64,000 nucleotides of DNA from Octopus sinensis. Lineage: Eukaryota. Shown piece by piece: positions 15,308 to 28,586 of this stretch (position 1 is the first letter of the stretch; every line of letters starts with the position of its first letter). The position numbers and the translations under genes were made by a program. Below the pieces are notes generated by a model. It saw only the letters and a program-made list of their open reading frames with translations, had not been told where the DNA came from and ran no database searches. The stretch lies in NCBI RefSeq assembly GCF_006345805.1, contig NC_043024.1:12400001-12464000 (forward strand), written 5' to 3'.

Positions 15308-15890
15308 CAGGAGCGTTTGGGTCAACAGGTATGACCACATCGGGGTTAAATTTTAGAGAATTATCCACTGGTTTCTCTATTTTTACTTTATTTTTAATAT
15401 TGTCATTATTATTTTTAGTATTTTTAATGTTAAAATTGTCAATATTATTATTATTATTAATATTATTATTATTTTTATTATTATTGAAATTAGAGTCTTG
15501 TTGTTTTCGATGATGTGATTCAGAGTCTTTATCATCAATTTTAAAAACGTTGTTGTGAAAATTTTTATTATCAATATTAATATTATTATTATTATTGTTA
15601 TTATTATTATTGATGTTGTTTTGTAGGGGAGGATGGATTAACAAGGCACCCTGATTGGCTTCATCGTTCCGATTATTTCCTCTGTATTTGTTATTGTCCC
15701 TAATGTTGTTGTTCTCATTTCGAGAGTCATCACCTTTCCGCATGATGGCTATGTTGTTCGAGTCCTCTCGAAATGCAAAAAACAGATTATCGTGATATGC
15801 CAACAGGAAAACCATGAAAAACCACAGAGTTGGGATGCCAATAATAACCTTAAATATAAGGCTACGTCTTCGACGGAATAAACTGGCCAT
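15308..15890 (-). CDS. GALNT: Polypeptide N-acetylgalactosaminyltransferase, first coding exon (cytoplasmic tail, TM anchor, Asn-rich stem)
   Basis: ATG at 15890 in AAAAATGG context. MASLFRRRRS basic tail, hydrophobic LIFKVIIGIPTLWFFMVFLLAY, long stem ending VIPVDPNAPG. Donor CCTG|GTAAG at 15307 (phase 1) joins in frame to the 11722 exon. Paralogue uncertain. Confidence 0.93.
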
Positions 15891-16159
15891 ATTTTTCGTT
15901 CCAGCGTGTACTTTCCAATATGGGTGGAAATGGAGGTCTTCTGGTTCCGTTCCTTCTTCAGGAATGGAATTGGACGAACTGATGATGATTTATCAATATT
16001 GTTAATTATTATTTTTTTTTATTTCTATTATTATTGGTAAACAGTTGTTCCCGTTCTTGTTGTGGCTCTTGTTTTTGTTGTTGTTGTTAAAGCTGTTGTT
16101 CCTGGTGGTGGTGGTGCTGGTAGTGTTGTTGTTGTCATTGTTGATGTTTGTAAAATCAT
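15891..16159 (-). other. 5' UTR part of the first coding GALNT exon
   Basis: Acceptor GTCTTTTGCAG| at 16160-16161. All three frames close before the ATG at 15890, so an upstream non-coding exon is implied. Confidence 0.7.
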
Positions 16160-16326
16160 CTGCAAAAGACATTGGATACAGAAATGTTAAAAAGGATTAA
16201 GAAGAACAAAAGAGAAAACAACAGAAAATTACAGCAAATCCTCGTTACAGTTTGATCATCTGATCAAAAATAACGAGAACCCACAAGAGATAACTTTATA
16301 AATTTTAGACAGATAAAATAAACAAC

Positions 16327-16365
<39 letters not shown>

Positions 16366-16368
<3 letters not shown>

Positions 16369-16814
16369 ATGGGATTTTAATATAGAATGTGAGCAAGTCA
16401 TAGAGGTGAGATGGCCAAATATTGTGCTCATCCATAAAGATGAAAAAGAAGCAAAGATAAAAGATGTTGCAATTCTGGAAATGTAAGGAAACAGAAAAGA
16501 TTGAGAAATACCAGCGACTGCGGGACGAAATAGGAAATTTATGGGGCACAAGGAAAGTAATTATGACACGGGTGATAATTGAAACATTAGGAGCAGTTTC
16601 CAAGAGATTTGAAAAACATATTAAGAATATTGGAACTGCTGTCAGGCTCGAAGTGATCCAGAAGACAGCATTCTTGGGTACAGGTCGCATTCTAAGAAGA
16701 GTATTGACTCTGAGTCACAGGAGAAGGCACTACTTGAAACCTTTGGTGATTTGTTATTGCCTGCTTTCAAGTAAAGAATAACCGGTAATTAAGAACTATC
16801 CGAGAGTCTTCCAG
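16366..16814 (+). mobile_element. R4/Dong-like non-LTR retrotransposon 3' fragment (RLE endonuclease)
   Basis: WDFNI...RWPNIVL...KDVAI...EKIEKYQRLRDEIGNLW...LGAV...IQKTAFLGTGRILRRVL. (AAT)13 immediately 5' and AATAATAA immediately 3'. Confidence 0.8.
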
Positions 16815-16889
16815 AATAATAACTATTTGAAATTTTTGCCACAAGGGCAGCTTGGGGGGTGGGGGTAGAGATGAGTTGATTATATCAAG

Positions 16890-17985
16890 AATAGGGTAGT
16901 AATCAGAAAATTGAATGGACAGTACAGATTAGAAGAAAGGAGAAAGTAGATGAAGAATCGACAGAAAAGGTGACAGCATTAAAGGCCAAATAGGAAAGAT
17001 ATGATGCTGGATGCAAAGGTTTCAAACAGAATAGACTGTTCCAATCAAATAGAAGGTGACTAAGGAAATAGAGAGAAGCCAACACCAGGAACTGATTACA
17101 GATGTGGAAGGAAAAGAAATTTGGGGAAGCTGTGGAACAGGCCAGCGTGACATAAAGAATGCATGGAGTGGCTGACAAAGCTGGAAACACAATTTGCAAC
17201 TGTGCCAAGACAAAAGGATATCAGAATTAATCTATAAAACAGTGAGACAGAAATTTAAAAAAAATAGCAAATTGGAAAGGACCAGGTCCAGATGCAGTGC
17301 AAGGCTTTTGGCTGAAGAACTTTACACAGTTGCATGAAAGGATCGCTGTGCAACTGGATGACTGCCTGCAGCAAGGTCACGTCCCTGCCTGGATGACAAG
17401 TGGACAAATGCTGCTATGTCTCAAAGATCCCTTGAAAGGGAACTTGACAACAAATTTTCAACCTATAACCTGTTTACCACTTATGTGGAAGTTTATGGCT
17501 TGTGTCTTGAAGGAAGAGTTATACAACCATCTGGAAAGAAGCAATCTACTTCCAGAAGAACCAAAAGGATATAGGAAAGAAATTAAGGCAACAAAAAAAT
17601 CACTTATTAATTGATAAAATGATAATTAGAAATTGTAGACGCAGAATGATGGGACTGATTGTAGGACAGATTAGAAAAAAGCATATGACATGGTACCACA
17701 CAGTTGGATATGTAAAACAATGAGCATGTTTGGAATAGCAAAAAACACGGAGAAAATGCTTAATGAAATTATGAAACATTGGAATTCCGAATTAATCAGA
17801 GGAAAACAAAGACTTGGGAAAATGAACATCAGACATGGAATATTCCAAGGTGATAACTTAATCTCCATTACTATTCATATTGGTCACGATACTATTCACT
17901 ATGATATTATGAAAAGCACATTAAACAAATGACTGATAAAGGATAAATATTCAACCAATTGGTAAACTATACAGACATGGAATTG
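16890..17985 (+). mobile_element. R4/Dong-like reverse transcriptase fragment, degenerate
   Basis: QNRLFQSN; NWKGPGPDAVQGFWLK; NFQPITCLPLMWK; KKAYDMVPHSWI; IRHGIFQGDNL, with stops and frameshifts. Confidence 0.8.
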
Positions 17986-19391
17986 AGCCTGTGCATGTGT
18001 TATTGTTGGCATAATGACTCACACAAGACACAACAAAATTTGTTTCAACACACAAATTCACATCAAGAATCTTGCATACAAAATACAAAAAACGATATAT
18101 TGGTGGAAGCCTACAGTTAATTAGTGATTTCCTAACCTCACTATGTATTTCTAATAAGCTAATTTCTCACTATGTTAAATATGCAAACACTATATTTTCT
18201 TTCCATGCAGATGGCCTCCCTGAGCATTTAAATCTCAATGAATTTTTTCCCCTATAACTGTAGTTGCCAGGCAAATTATCTCTCTCTCCCTCCTCTCCCT
18301 CTCTCCTTGTCTCCACTTTCTCAAGAGAGTTCATATTTTCATTTGTCAGCTCGTCCCCCTCCTAGGCCATAATATTTCGAAACAAGACTAAACAACATTT
18401 TATTTTCTCTTTTACTAAATTATACAAAAATAGCAACAAAAAAAAAACAACGGAAACATTTTAAATATTAAGAAATAAAACAGGAAAAAATCTGAACAAC
18501 AAAAAACAACACACACCACACACACACACACACATGCTTGTACCTGCACACACTCATTTGCACATGCTTGGACACAACACAATGACACAAACATGCACAT
18601 TAACACACACACACAGACACACACAGACACAGACACACACACACACACACACAGACAGACACACACACACACAAGTAAACAAATTCAGAGATTAATTAGG
18701 TAATATAATTAAAAAAAAAATAATAATTAGATGATAAATAATAATGAGCTGAAAGAACTAAATAATTAATGGCAATATCAAATAAGGGGAAGAGCACTCT
18801 TGGGAGAACTTGCAGCTGAATGAGATAACGAGATAACGAAGGATTTTTCTATGAGGTCAGTGAATCTGCTAAAAATAACAAAACTTAATTGTTTTGCTTA
18901 ACAGAACCACCCTGGGCCTAGGTTGTACATTTAATAATACATACATGTGTACATGCATACATACATACATGCGTACATACATATATACAAACATACATTT
19001 ATCCTTTAAGTTCGTTTAAGGTTAAACATTTTGAAGTTGCATATAAAACTCTTCTTCCATTATTCTGGTTAGAGCCTAATGATGCCACCTGGCATTACTA
19101 GTTGTTTTGGGATGCTGAACCGATATAATGGAAGGTAAAAATAGTAATAATAACAAGAATTCTTGGATGGAATTTATAAATATTTTAATGCATTGCTACA
19201 TGGGTTTCTACAAGTCACATGTCTCTTAGGATCATAGTCCATATTCCTGGCATGACTGCAGTGTAGTCCATAGTATCCGTGGGTATCGGTTTGAACAACT
19301 TCATAGATTCATTTCTTTGGGCAATTTGTGGAAACATACATGTAGCAATGCATTAAAATTATTATTATTATTATTATTATTATTACTAGTT

Positions 19392-19785
19392 AAGGCTACA
19401 AGGGCTTTTGAAACACTTGTCCATCATTTGTGGGATGAACACGATGTCAGTCTGGAGACTAAAATAAGTGTATACAAATCTTGTATTCTGAGCACACTTT
19501 TTTAGGGGGCAGAAACCTGGGCTCCCTACAACAGACATATAAAGACACTTGAAACCTTCCACATGTGCTGTTTGTCCGACATATGCAACATAAAATGGAA
19601 AGATAAGATATCCAATGTCAAAATCTTAGAAAAATGTGATAATTCCAGCATCCAAAGTATGCTGATGAGAATTCAGTGCAGATAGGTAGGACATGCTTTT
19701 TGAATGAAGAGGGATATCACAGCAAAGGAAGACCCTTCCTTAGGTATAAGGATAAGTTGAAGCAATCACTGAAATCTCTACAGTT
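19392..19785 (+). mobile_element. RTE/BovB-like LINE fragment
   Basis: KATRAF...TKISVYKSCILSTLF*GAETW...LETFHMCCL..I.NIKWKDKISN; follows a (TTA)n tract. Confidence 0.8.
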
Positions 19786-19794
19786 GTGTGTGTG

Positions 19795-19833
<39 letters not shown>

Positions 19834-20153
19834 GAAGATACTTGCCCAAATTGCCATGCAGTGGGACTGAACCGGAGACCATGTGCTTGGGAAGTAAGCT
19901 ACTTACTACACAGCCACTCCTGCTCCTATAAAAGAGATCCTGCACTCGCAGGGGGATTTGAACCCGTGACCCTCAGATTACAAACAGAAGTGATTCTTAA
20001 AAATCTGATGCTATACCAAGTTATGCAGGTGGATAAGCCTTGAGGGCTTCCCAGACCCCGGTCCAACCGTCCAACCCATGCTAGCATGGAAAATGGACGT
20101 TAAATGATGATGATGATATATATGTATATGTATGTGTGTGTGTGTGTGTCTGC

Positions 20154-20184
<31 letters not shown>

Positions 20185-20194
20185 CGTCATGTAC

Positions 20195-20598
20195 GGGTGC
20201 AGGAGTGGCTTTGTGGTAAGTAGCTTGCTTACCAACCACATGATTCTAGGTTCATTCCCACTGTGTGGCACCTTGGGCAAGTGTCTTCTACTATAGCCTC
20301 AGGTTGACCAAAGCCTTGTGAGTTGATTTGGCAGATGGAAACTGAAAGAAGCCCATCGTATATATGTATATATATATATGTATGTGTGTGTATATGTTTG
20401 TGTGTCTGTGTTTGTCCCCCTAACATCGCTTGACAACCGATGGTGGTGTGTTTACGTCCCCATAACTTAGCGGTTCAGCAAAATAGACTGATAGAATAAG
20501 TACTAGGTTTACAAAGAATAAGTCCTGGGGTCATTTTGCTTGACTAAAGATAGTGCTCCAGCAGTGCCACAGTCAAATGACTGAAACATGTAAAAGAG
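20195..20598 (+). mobile_element. Full-length CORE-type SINE, family B (octopus OR-like)
   Basis: tRNA-like head GGAGTGGCTTTGTGGTAAG...GGTTCATTCCC; CORE-like GGCACCTTGGGCAAGTGTCTTCTACTATAGCCTC; internal (TA/TG)n; tail ...GACTGAAACATGTAAAAGAG. Confidence 0.85.
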
Positions 20599-21209
20599 TA
20601 TATATATGTGTATATATTGAAAGAAAGAAAATGGAGAAAGATGGATGTATGAATAATTTATTTGTACAATATAGAGATGTTGAAATTTTTAAAAAATAGC
20701 AAAACAAATAAATTATAAATTGTAAAGCTCAAAAAGAAATGGGAGATGCAAAAAACCCCAACAGATATGCTTCAGTTTTAGCCCCTAGTTGATACGTAAT
20801 TCTAAACATTTGGTTATATGCTAAGAATGGTATCATTTTTAACTCTATAGGGAAGAACTTTGTCATGGTTTTTACGAGCTTACAGAACAAAGGTTAACAT
20901 ATTTCTTGAAAGGAAGCATACAAAATAGTAATAAGTTTAAGAACCTATACAGAATGTAAATGTAACTGGCTGGTGAGTTATAGATTTTAGTAAAGATGTC
21001 AGATAATAACTGAAGTAAATAAAAATAACTTTAAAAAAAAATTAAGGGTAAAAAAAGAAGATAAGAAAGAAAACAATAAAAAAAAATCAATAATAAATAG
21101 AAATTAAAGAAAAATATAAATGTATGTAAAATATAAATAGCATAAAATTTAAATAAAAAGAAAAGAATAATACTTAAACATGCAAGGGAAAAATAATATA
21201 AAAAAATAA

Positions 21210-21563
21210 ATGAAAGATAAGTTAGATCGTAAAAATTGTTAGTCAATGGTTATAAATTATTTCTGTTGGTTTGGTAATAGATACAGTTCAGAAAAACTAT
21301 AGATGAGCAGAGATCACAACATTGTGTGACATTTAAAATCAAGCCGAGATAAAAGTTTGAAAATTAACCATTAGGATATGTATCTTGTAGGTTTATAAGT
21401 AAGGCTTACAAGATTCATATCTTAATGGTTAAGTTTCAAACTTTTATCTCGGCTTGATTTTAAATATGTCACACAATGATGTGATCTCTGCTCATCTGTA
21501 GCTTTCCTGAACTGTATCTTATTACCAAACGAATAGAAATAATTTATCTAACTTATCCTTCAT
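21210..21563. repeat. Long fold-back inverted repeat (~150-bp arms)
   Basis: 21249-21390 is the reverse complement of ~21405-21552 with scattered mismatches; an outer ATGAAAGATAAGTTAGAT match extends the arms. Confidence 0.9.
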
Positions 21564-22944
21564 TAATCTTAATAAATTACTTAATACAAATCCTAATTTA
21601 TTAGATACGTACAGGATCCAGAATTTACATCTAAAAGTTTGTTTTTATATATGCAAATCATTGGATACCGGCCGTAACTCAGAAATATATACAGGTAATT
21701 GCTACATGTGTGTGTATGTATATATGTATATGTACCTGTGTATGTATATATGTATCAAATTCACATTTTATCACAGAATGTGTGTGTATATATACACATG
21801 TGCATATGTATATGTATATATATGTATGTATATACATCTATACATACTATCTAAACATTTACCCAGGTCAGCCCATATGCCTCCCTGTCTATATATACGT
21901 GTGTTTTGCATATCCATGTGCATAAGCCTGCATATATTTTGTGCATCTGCATGCATATGTCTATATTTATCTATATACATGCATATATATGAGCAGATAT
22001 ACGTGTTCATATGCAGGTTTATTTTTTTCTGTGAACTTGTGAAGCATCTTATGTTACCTGAGGAGGCTCTTTTGCACTGTGCATCGCATCTGGTGTTATT
22101 ACATCTTCCACATCCACCAGGGGGTAGTGTAGTATGATGCGAAAACAATTGTTGTGCTAATAAATGCTTCTAGTTACACACAATCTTCCATATTAATCTT
22201 TTAATATATCTATCTATCTATCTATCTCTCTATATATATAGACTTAAAACATAAGGTGTAATTTGAGCAAAATTTGACTGCTATTTCTACTGTGTCAAGT
22301 CATCATTAGAGCCCTTCTGTGTTAGCTTATACATACATATATGTATATACAGATATGCAAAGCAGTTGGATGCAATTTTGGTGGATGTGCATGCATGATG
22401 AGTTCTATGTGATGTACACATTGGCTGTGGGCTATCATATGTTCCCTGTTTACCAGTAAATAAGATGAGTTCACTATATTTTTAAATGTATGAAAAAAAA
22501 TAACCCCACATCTAAGGCAGCCATATTATGGATGGGAGAGCAAGGGCAATAGAATATATGATGAAATATATAGCTATAGGCTAGGGAGCTGGCTATATTC
22601 ATGTTGACAAGGCATAAAAATTGCTACTAACACTAAAACAGAGAAAAGCAGTCAAATTATCACAGTCTGTTAATGCAAATTTATGTCAAAAATTAATCAC
22701 AATATGCCAGCAGTTATGTATGAAGATCACATCATCTCATCAGACCTCCTTCTCTGACATTCATAACCCACATGTGATATATGCTTTGCATTATTTAATG
22801 ATTATTTTATCTTTAAGAAACGTTGGTTATTTAAATGTTCCATTACTTATTCCATTTGCTGAAAAATTGGTTTTTGTCCAGTTATTAACTGTCCATTATT
22901 TATTCAATGAAATTTTAATTTGTCTGTAAGAACTGTTACTTGTT

Positions 22945-23356
22945 TCTTTACTGCCCACAAGGAGCTAAACACAGAGGGGACAAACAAGGACAGACAAAGG
23001 GATTAAGTCGATTATATCGACCCCAGTGCGTAACTGGTTCTTAATTTATCTACTTTGAAAGGATGAAAGGCAAAGTCGACCTCGGCCGAGTTTGAACTCA
23101 GAACATAACGGCAGACGAAATAGCTATTTCTTTACTACCTACAAGGGGCTAAACACAGAGGGGACAAACAAGGACAAACAAATGGATTAAGTCGATTATA
23201 TCGCCCCCAGTGTGTAACTGGTACTTATTTAATTGACCCCGAAAGTATGAAAGGCAAAGTCAACCTTGGCGGAATTTGAACTCAGAACGTAGCAGCAGAC
23301 GAAATACTGCTAAGCATTTCGCCCAGTATGCTAACGTTTCTGCCATCTCGCCGCCT
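22945..23356 (-). mobile_element. Tandem pair of family A SINEs
   Basis: Head-clipped copy 22945-23122 directly followed by full copy 23123-23356. Confidence 0.85.
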
Positions 23357-24731
23357 TCAATAAATAGTATTTATAGGAATTCATTTGCATTTATTGTCAT
23401 TTGCTGATGGTTTTGTACCAGAATTCATCAATATATTTCCTTTTGTTTGCATATAGCAGGGTTCATTGATACCAATGTATTTCCTTTCTTGCTTTGGTCA
23501 TTAGACTGAGGCCATAATTAGGCACCACCATGAAGAGTTTAATTAAACATTGAACCCAATACCTATTTTTTTACTTTCTAAACCAGATGCATTTTCCATC
23601 AGTCATTTTTCACCAAAGCATTAAGTTTTGGAGATGTGAAGAAATCAGCAATGGTTGTCAAGCAGTGACTGGGTAGCAACCCAAACACATACACACCTGT
23701 ATATGTGATGGGCTTCTTTCAGTTTCTGCCTGCCAAATCTAATCACATGGCTTTGGTCAGCCCAAGGCTATAGTAGAAGACAGTTGCCCAAGGTGCCACA
23801 CAGAGGATCTGTACCCAGAGCCTTTTGGTTGGAAGGCAAACTTTTTACCAGGCAGCCATGCAAATTTAGTTTCCTTTAAATGTTAGAATAAAGTTACATC
23901 ACGTGACTTCCATATTGTATTTCAGTATCCTGCAATGGTTGAGTATTTCCATGCACACAGTCACAGATCTCCCCAACAACAAAAACAGCTTAAAGTTGCT
24001 TTCAATAAAATATATGATGAAACATATTAAAATTGTTGTTTCTTTTACAAAATATTGTTGTAAAACACAGTAAATGTCTTGGAGGAAAGTTTGTCTTCTA
24101 AGTAGGCAATGAGAAATTGGACATAACAGCCAGGCAGACTGAGAGAGACTTTACTGTGAAAGATCAGAAGCCAGTTGGAAGGGTTTCAGCAAACCCGTAG
24201 GTAAAACGGAACACTACATTATGAATTGGTGGGAGACACTCTGCACAAGAACCCAACCCCATAGATATTGAAGTGGAAATGCTCTGAAATTACATGCTAC
24301 CATATTGTTTTAAAATATAAATGGGATAAATATAGTCACAGATATATTATGTTTGACAATAAAATTGGTGATGATTAGAGAAGACTTGAACATAGGTCTG
24401 TTTGATGAGGCCAGATTGCAGATAAACAGAAAACGATCTCAGACCGGGATTCCAACCAAAATATTGCAGAGCTTATTTAATTTAACAGACATTATTTTGC
24501 CTCCAAGAAAGATTGTTCGGTAATTATTATCCCAATTAAAGAACACAAAACTTTAAATGCAATTGCTCAGCCTGTTAGAAATACCAGCCAAATCACCCTC
24601 AAATCATATCTATAACATTTGGCTATCTTATAAAAATGAGGCACTATGGATAATGTAGGCCTTAGATTATGTTTGAAAAACAAGAGAAAACAAAAGGATC
24701 TGGCCATGGTTGGAACGTCTATGATCATTGA

Positions 24732-24959
24732 TTAAATCTTTAGCATTTAAACCAGTCATGTCAGGCCCGAAAATGCTTCCTATTTTATGTTCAAACCAAT
24801 CCGGTCCAGCCCATCACACCTCCCTTTCTATGTCATTTTAAAAATATACAATCACATCATCAAAATTTTGACTCTATAAGATAATGCATGATTAATTAAA
24901 AACGATGTGAATGAAACAGCATTAGATTTGAGAGAATAATTTGAGTGCCAAAGGGTTAA
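24732..24959. mobile_element. piggyBac-type MITE, second family, degenerate
   Basis: TTAAATCTTTAGCATT ... AGTGCCAAAGGGTTAA; related fragments at ~30040-30110 and ~49330-49380. Confidence 0.6.
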
Positions 24960-25912
24960 AGAATATCAGACAAGCGTTTCCAAAAAAAAAAAAGACTTGC
25001 TTAACAGGAATAATTTTAGAAAACTATGTTTACTTAAAAATTGACATCAAAACTGAATTATTATATTTCAGCAGGCCACATTGCTGTATAAACTAATTTA
25101 ATAACACAATTAACTAATGTCAATAAAATTAACAAGAAAATTAAAATTTTGCAAACAGTTAAAAACCCTCTTTAACCATAACGTAATCCCATTAGCTGGC
25201 TTCCACTTGTTTCAGCTACCATAATGATGTGTGTTGTGTGTGTGTGTGTGTGTCTGTGTTGCGTGCGTGTGAGTGTGCGTGTGTGTGTGTCTGTGTTGCG
25301 TGCGTGTGTGTGTGTGTGTGTGTGTTTGCATCATCGCCATTGTATTTATGCTTGCTTCTTCCATGCAGGCATGGCTATGACGAAGAGTTATTGAGGCAAC
25401 ATCCAACAGTTGGAAGCTTTTCCTGTCACCAACCCTTGATATTTTCTATTCCACTGATCTTCACAAGAAACTGGTGCAAACTACGAGGAATAACAACTAA
25501 ATTCTCCTCAAATTACATCCTATCTTTTTACTAAAAATGCAGAATGATTTGTTGTGATAGACATAGGAAACAGATGGAATGGTCACAAATGTAATATCAT
25601 TGATGATAGGTCAATACAATCAGAATTGTTCTGGAGCTACGAACCATCAGCAAAAGCTTTTAGAAAACCAGGAAATCATTAAAAGGAGAGAAAAAAATAC
25701 AACAAAAAAAAATAGTGTTAACAATAAGTGACAAACGATGGGAACCAAATACCCCTCGGCTAATTTCATCAGCAAAAAACAACCACCAAAATATTTTTAA
25801 AAAAAACAACTGCAAAACTTTTCAAAATCTATACATAAATCTGGAAGATGTCTTTAAGACTTTTAAAAAGCCACAAAATAATTAAATCTAGCTTCTAAAA
25901 GTAGAAGATAAT

Positions 25913-25995
25913 TTTATTATTATTATTATTACTATTACTATTATTATTATTATTATCATTACTCTTCTCTTATGCTTTCTGCAATTCAGTTTATA

Positions 25996-26056
<61 letters not shown>

Positions 26057-26120
26057 TACTGTTCTCTTATTTTTCTACAATTCTTATTATTTGAATTGTT
26101 GTTTATTATTATTATTTCAA
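25913..26120. repeat. (ATT)n microsatellites
   Basis: Direct reading. Confidence 0.9.
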
Positions 26121-26387
26121 ACGAAAGTTAAGAATTATCATTTGAATAATTGGAAAAAAGGGAGGAAAAACAAACAAATAAAGATACACACAAAACAAAA
26201 AGAAAAACAAGCTAGAAATTGGTTTTTAGTATTTGTTATTGGTGAAGATTAGGTTAAAGAATTTACTTTTAAAAACAGAAAAGAGCAACAAATTGCCATA
26301 TGACCCTCTGGCTAGAATCTCAATTCTGGTTAAATTCTATGTCAATTTTAAGTGACAAAGTCATTAATATGTTGGGAAATAGTGGCT

Positions 26388-26420
<33 letters not shown>

Positions 26421-26629
26421 TAGATATGTATATATCTAAGTATGGTGAGGGAGAGAGCAACAGAGGGGCAAAAAGGAAAAAAACAAGAACAGCACCAACC
26501 GAAGACAAATTTGGTTGCATTAGGAACGTAGCAAATCTTATTACAAGTTTTCCTTAAAGTGAATACAAATTGGAAATGTGTATGCGTAAGGCTTTGAGAG
26601 TGTGAGTAAGTTTGTGTATACATATATAT

Positions 26630-26677
<48 letters not shown>

Positions 26678-26753
26678 TATATATATATATATAAGTACGT
26701 ATGTACATATACATATATAGATAAGTGTGTATGTATATGCATATATGTGTGTA

Positions 26754-27022
26754 TGTATCATCATCATCATCATCGTCATTTAGCGTCCGTTTTCCATGCT
26801 AGCATGGGTTGGACGGTTCTACTGGGGTCTGTGCAGCCAGAAGGCTTCATCAGGCCCAGTCAAATCTGGCAGTGTTTCTACGGCTGGATGCCCTTCCTAA
26901 CGCCAACCACTCCGTGAGTGTAGTGGGTGCTTTTTACGTGCCACCCGCACTGGTGCCAGACAGAGCTGGCAAACGGCCACGAACGGATGGTGCTTTTTAT
27001 GTGCCACCGGCACGAGGGCCAA
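26754..27022 (-). mobile_element. Non-autonomous family D with RTE-like ends (others 1-262, 10862-11099, 34805-34993, 37451-37712, 50410-50590, 57175-57356, 60546-60730, 62460-62750)
   Basis: GTTAGGAAGGGCATCCAGC motif (recalled as RTE 5' UTR / Ceph-domain-like); tandem GTGGCACATAAAAAGCACC modules; tail CCATGCTAGCATGGAAAACGGACGCTAAATGA(CGA)(TGA)n. Confidence 0.8.
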
Positions 27023-27308
27023 TAAATACATATATATATATATATGTATATATATATGTAAAAATTCTTTTACTTGTTTCAGTCATTTGACAGCAGCTAT
27101 GCTGGAGCACCACCTTTAGTCGAACAAATCTACCCCAGGGCTTATTATTTGTAAGACTAGTACGCATTCTGTCAGTCTCTTTTGCCGAACTACTAAGTTA
27201 TGGGATGTAAACACTAACATTGGTTGTCAAGCAATGGCGGGCGGGGGACAAACACAGACACACTAATGTATACATCCACATATGTATGTACATATAATAT
27301 ATAAGTGT

Positions 27309-27340
<32 letters not shown>

Positions 27341-27385
27341 CATATATATATGTATGTATATATATATAAAACTATTCATGTACAC

Positions 27386-27420
<35 letters not shown>

Positions 27421-27422
<2 letters not shown>

Positions 27423-28586
27423 TGCATTACCTCTGTTTCAAGTGGCTTCATTTAATCAAACAATGAAAACATTCCACCAATATTAAATAAACTGCTCTCC
27501 ATGGACACAGTTTTCCAACAGACAGAATAAACCATTTTTTTAGTGAAACTTACATCACTATTAGCAACCAAAATAATTACATTGTTACTGTTTGGTATTT
27601 CCATAGCTTTTATTCACCTAATAGCTTTGGGTGCCTCAGTTTAAGTACCTAATTCAACTCCATCCAGAAGAAAACCAAAACTTTCAGATAGGGACCGTTG
27701 GACTCTTACCCAAATTGTTAGAAAGGATCACAAAAGTACAGCTCCCCAACTTACTGCAGAGCTTAATGACCACCTCGAGAACCCAGTTTCCACAAAAACT
27801 GTTTGCTGGGAGCTGAACAAAGTTGGATTTCACAGGAGGGCTGCAATCAGAAAACCACTCCTTTCAAAGACAAACATTGCAAAGCATTTAGAGTGGAGTA
27901 AAAACCTACAGAATTGGTCCCTAGAGCAGTGGAAGAATGTTATTTTCTTGGACTAGTCATCCTTTACCTTATTTATGACCATTGGGCGAGTATATGTGAG
28001 GAGACAGCCAAAAGAAGCATTTGACCCAGACTGTCTTCTTCCAACTGTTAAACATAGAGCAGGATCTGTGATGATCGGAGAGGGGGGGAGCTATATCTTG
28101 GAAATCTGCCGGCCCAAATGGTTTCCTTTCATGGCAGAATTAATAGTCGACTATTCAAGCATTTTATCTGATCAAATTCATCCTATGATTCCGGAACTGT
28201 TTCCAGAGGGAAACACAATCTTTCAGGATGATAATGCACCAATTCACGCAGTTAAAATTGTTACTGAATGGCATGAGGAATATTCTAGTGAAGTTGAACA
28301 TCTTATCTGGTCACCACAGTCCCCTGATCTCAATATTATTGAACATTTATGGTGCATTTTAGAAAAACAAGTAAGGAGTCAATATCATCCACCATCATCA
28401 CTACAAGAACTGGAAACTGTTTTAGCTGAAGAATGGACAAAAATTCCTTTGGAAACAATTCAAACTTTGTATCAGTCCATACCTTATAGGATTTAAACTG
28501 TAATTACTGCCAAAGGCGGTTGTATCCCATATTAAAATAAATTTGCTTGAAACTTTAAGGTGTTTCCATTATTTTGTCCAACCCCT

